Assembly: GCA_029261555.1 (NCBI GenBank)
Contig: JAJDBB010000031.1
Location: forward strand, 47-64,046
From: Nitrospinaceae bacterium
GTDB taxonomy: Bacteria > Nitrospinota > Nitrospinia > Nitrospinales > JACRGP01
Direction: 5' to 3'
Length of the DNA: 64,000 nt
Below are positions 62,427-64,000 of this stretch, piece after piece. The position numbers and the translations under genes were made by a program. The notes beneath the pieces were generated by a model, which was given only the letters and a program-made list of their open reading frames with translations, made no database searches and had not been told where the DNA came from. The first letter of the stretch is position 1. Each line of letters opens with the position of its first letter.

Positions 62427-62695
62427 AAACCTATTCAAAAGAATGAGGTTAAATCATCAAATAAATTGTGAGGGCTTTATATCAAAATCCGCATCAATTT
62501 GCAAAAAATACTTTCCAGAGGGAAAGATTCGACGCAAAGCGCCGGGAAGCAGGCCTAAAAATCAAAATTATTTACCTTTTCCATGGCCTGTGTATTAAGA
62601 TTGAATAAGCTTCAATTGGATTTAACTATTTAGCTATACAACTTAATCATTTTTCAAACCGTCCTCCGTTTATTGGAACGGTTCGACAATATTTT

Positions 62696-63700
62696 ATGGC
62701 ATTTAAAGACATTCTGGGTCAGGAACTGCCCAAACAAATTTTAAGCAAGGCTCTGAAAAACCAGACGGTCGCCAATTCATACCTGTTTTACGGTCCGGAG
62801 AGCGTCGGTAAAAAGCTGTTGGCGCTGGAACTTGCCAAATCCCTGAATTGCGGAGAACCCGGCCCCGGCGGCTCCTGCGGAGCTTGCGTTTCTTGTCAAA
62901 AAATCCAGCAAGGAACGCATCCCGACGTATTCCTGTTGGAGCCGTCCAAAAGCAGCCCCACCGTTCGGGAAGGCGCTATCCGCATCGACGACGTTCGCGG
63001 TCTGCAAAAAAAACTTGGGTACCTCCCTTACGAGGGGATGTATAAAGTCGCCGTGGTGAACGACGCGGAACTCATGAACCTCCAGGCGGCGAACTCCTTT
63101 TTAAAAACATTAGAAGACCCGCCCGGCCAGACCGTGATCATTCTGATCGCCGCCAACCCGTTCAAACTCCTGCCCACCATTGTCTCGCGTTGCCAGGGCG
63201 TCAAATTTCATCCCCTGTCCGCGGAGGCGATCAAAAATATTCTTTCAGGACACGAAGACGTTTCGGCGGAAGAACTGGAAACGCGGGCGACGCTTTCCCA
63301 GGGACAGGTCGACCGCGCTCTCGACCCCGACTTGCTGGAGACGGCTCAATGCCGGGAGGGGTTGCTGGATATGATCGAAACGGTTTCCTTCAAAAAAATG
63401 GACGTGTTGTTTGAATGGACCAAAACCTGGGCCAAAAACTCAGCTCGGCTCCCCACCCTGCTGGATCAATTGACCGTTCTGCTGAGAGATCTGGCTTATG
63501 CGAAATCCTGCGGCGATTCCGGCCTGATTAAAAACGCAGATTTGAACGCGCGCCTCCAGGCGGTCGCGGCGAAGAAAAAACTGTCTAGCATTTTGAACAT
63601 GTTTGAAAACGTCCAGCAAACTCAATTCGCCCTGTCGGGCAACGCCAACGTTCAACTGGCGCTGGAGAATATGCTGTTAAATTTTTGCTCGACTCGTTAA
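62696..63700 (+). CDS. holB: DNA polymerase III delta-prime subunit
   Basis: YLFYGPESVGK, CGACVSC, HPD, AANSFLKTLEDP, TIVSRC. Confidence 0.95.
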   Translation: MAFKDILGQELPKQILSKALKNQTVANSYLFYGPESVGKKLLALELAKSLNCGEPGPGGSCGACVSCQKIQQGTHPDVFLLEPSKSSPTVREGAIRIDDVRGLQKKLGYLPYEGMYKVAVVNDAELMNLQAANSFLKTLEDPPGQTVIILIAANPFKLLPTIVSRCQGVKFHPLSAEAIKNILSGHEDVSAEELETRATLSQGQVDRALDPDLLETAQCREGLLDMIETVSFKKMDVLFEWTKTWAKNSARLPTLLDQLTVLLRDLAYAKSCGDSGLIKNADLNARLQAVAAKKKLSSILNMFENVQQTQFALSGNANVQLALENMLLNFCSTR

Positions 63701-63713
63701 CCGGAACAGTCTA

Positions 63714-64000
63714 TTGAAAACCTGCGAACAACAAAAACCGAATTCCGACAGCGAGAGCCGGGAACGTTCAAAATTTTATGTTGGGGTGCGCATTGCCGGA
63801 CTGAATAAAACCGAACCGTTCGATCCCGACGGGATGGCTTTGAGAGTGGGAGCCGAAGTCGTCGTTGAAACCCCGCAAGGCGAAAAGTGGGGCGTTGCCG
63901 CCTCCAACAAAATCGTCAATTTTCGCAAGGATTTAAACAAACCGCTTCCCCGAATCCTGCGCCTGGCGACGGAGGACGACAGAGAAAAACAAACCAACAA
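63714..64000 (+). CDS. ricT: PSP1/RicT (YaaT) family protein, 5' part
   Basis: Manual translation from TTG 63714: ...YVGVRIAG...LRVGAEVVVETPQGEKWG...ILRLATEDD; directly after holB as is typical; not in the ORF track. Confidence 0.8.
   Translation, partial: MKTCEQQKPNSDSESRERSKFYVGVRIAGLNKTEPFDPDGMALRVGAEVVVETPQGEKWGVAASNKIVNFRKDLNKPLPRILRLATEDDREKQTN

Overview
Gene-dense chromosomal window of a Gram-negative bacterium. The gene set resembles a chemolithoautotroph such as Nitrospinota; this is an inference, not verified. It is mostly housekeeping: a siroheme nitrite/sulfite reductase with extra C-terminal domains, yicC-gmk-hisC-mltG, amt, an isolated nuoE-nuoG-nuoD cluster, tatA, two class A PBPs, a sigma54 response regulator, argG, pgi-tal-glk, hemB, birA, def, oppBC, a UbiD-family decarboxylase, uvrA, a complete F-type ATP synthase operon and holB-ricT. 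I found no tRNA, rRNA, CRISPR array, transposase or phage gene. The least explained features are four. (1) A structured ~115-bp intergenic repeat family with conserved hairpins and inverted ends, present four times (a tandem pair at 10.4-10.6 kb, plus 41.4 kb and 50.3 kb) with a fragment at 55.15 kb. (2) A DUF512/Mmp10-like radical SAM gene flanked by small ORFs, near a 39-aa Cys/His lipopeptide missing from the ORF track. (3) A reductase-HEPN-like-TusA fusion whose TusA catalytic Cys position is Tyr. (4) A nuoE-G-D unit without nuoF.
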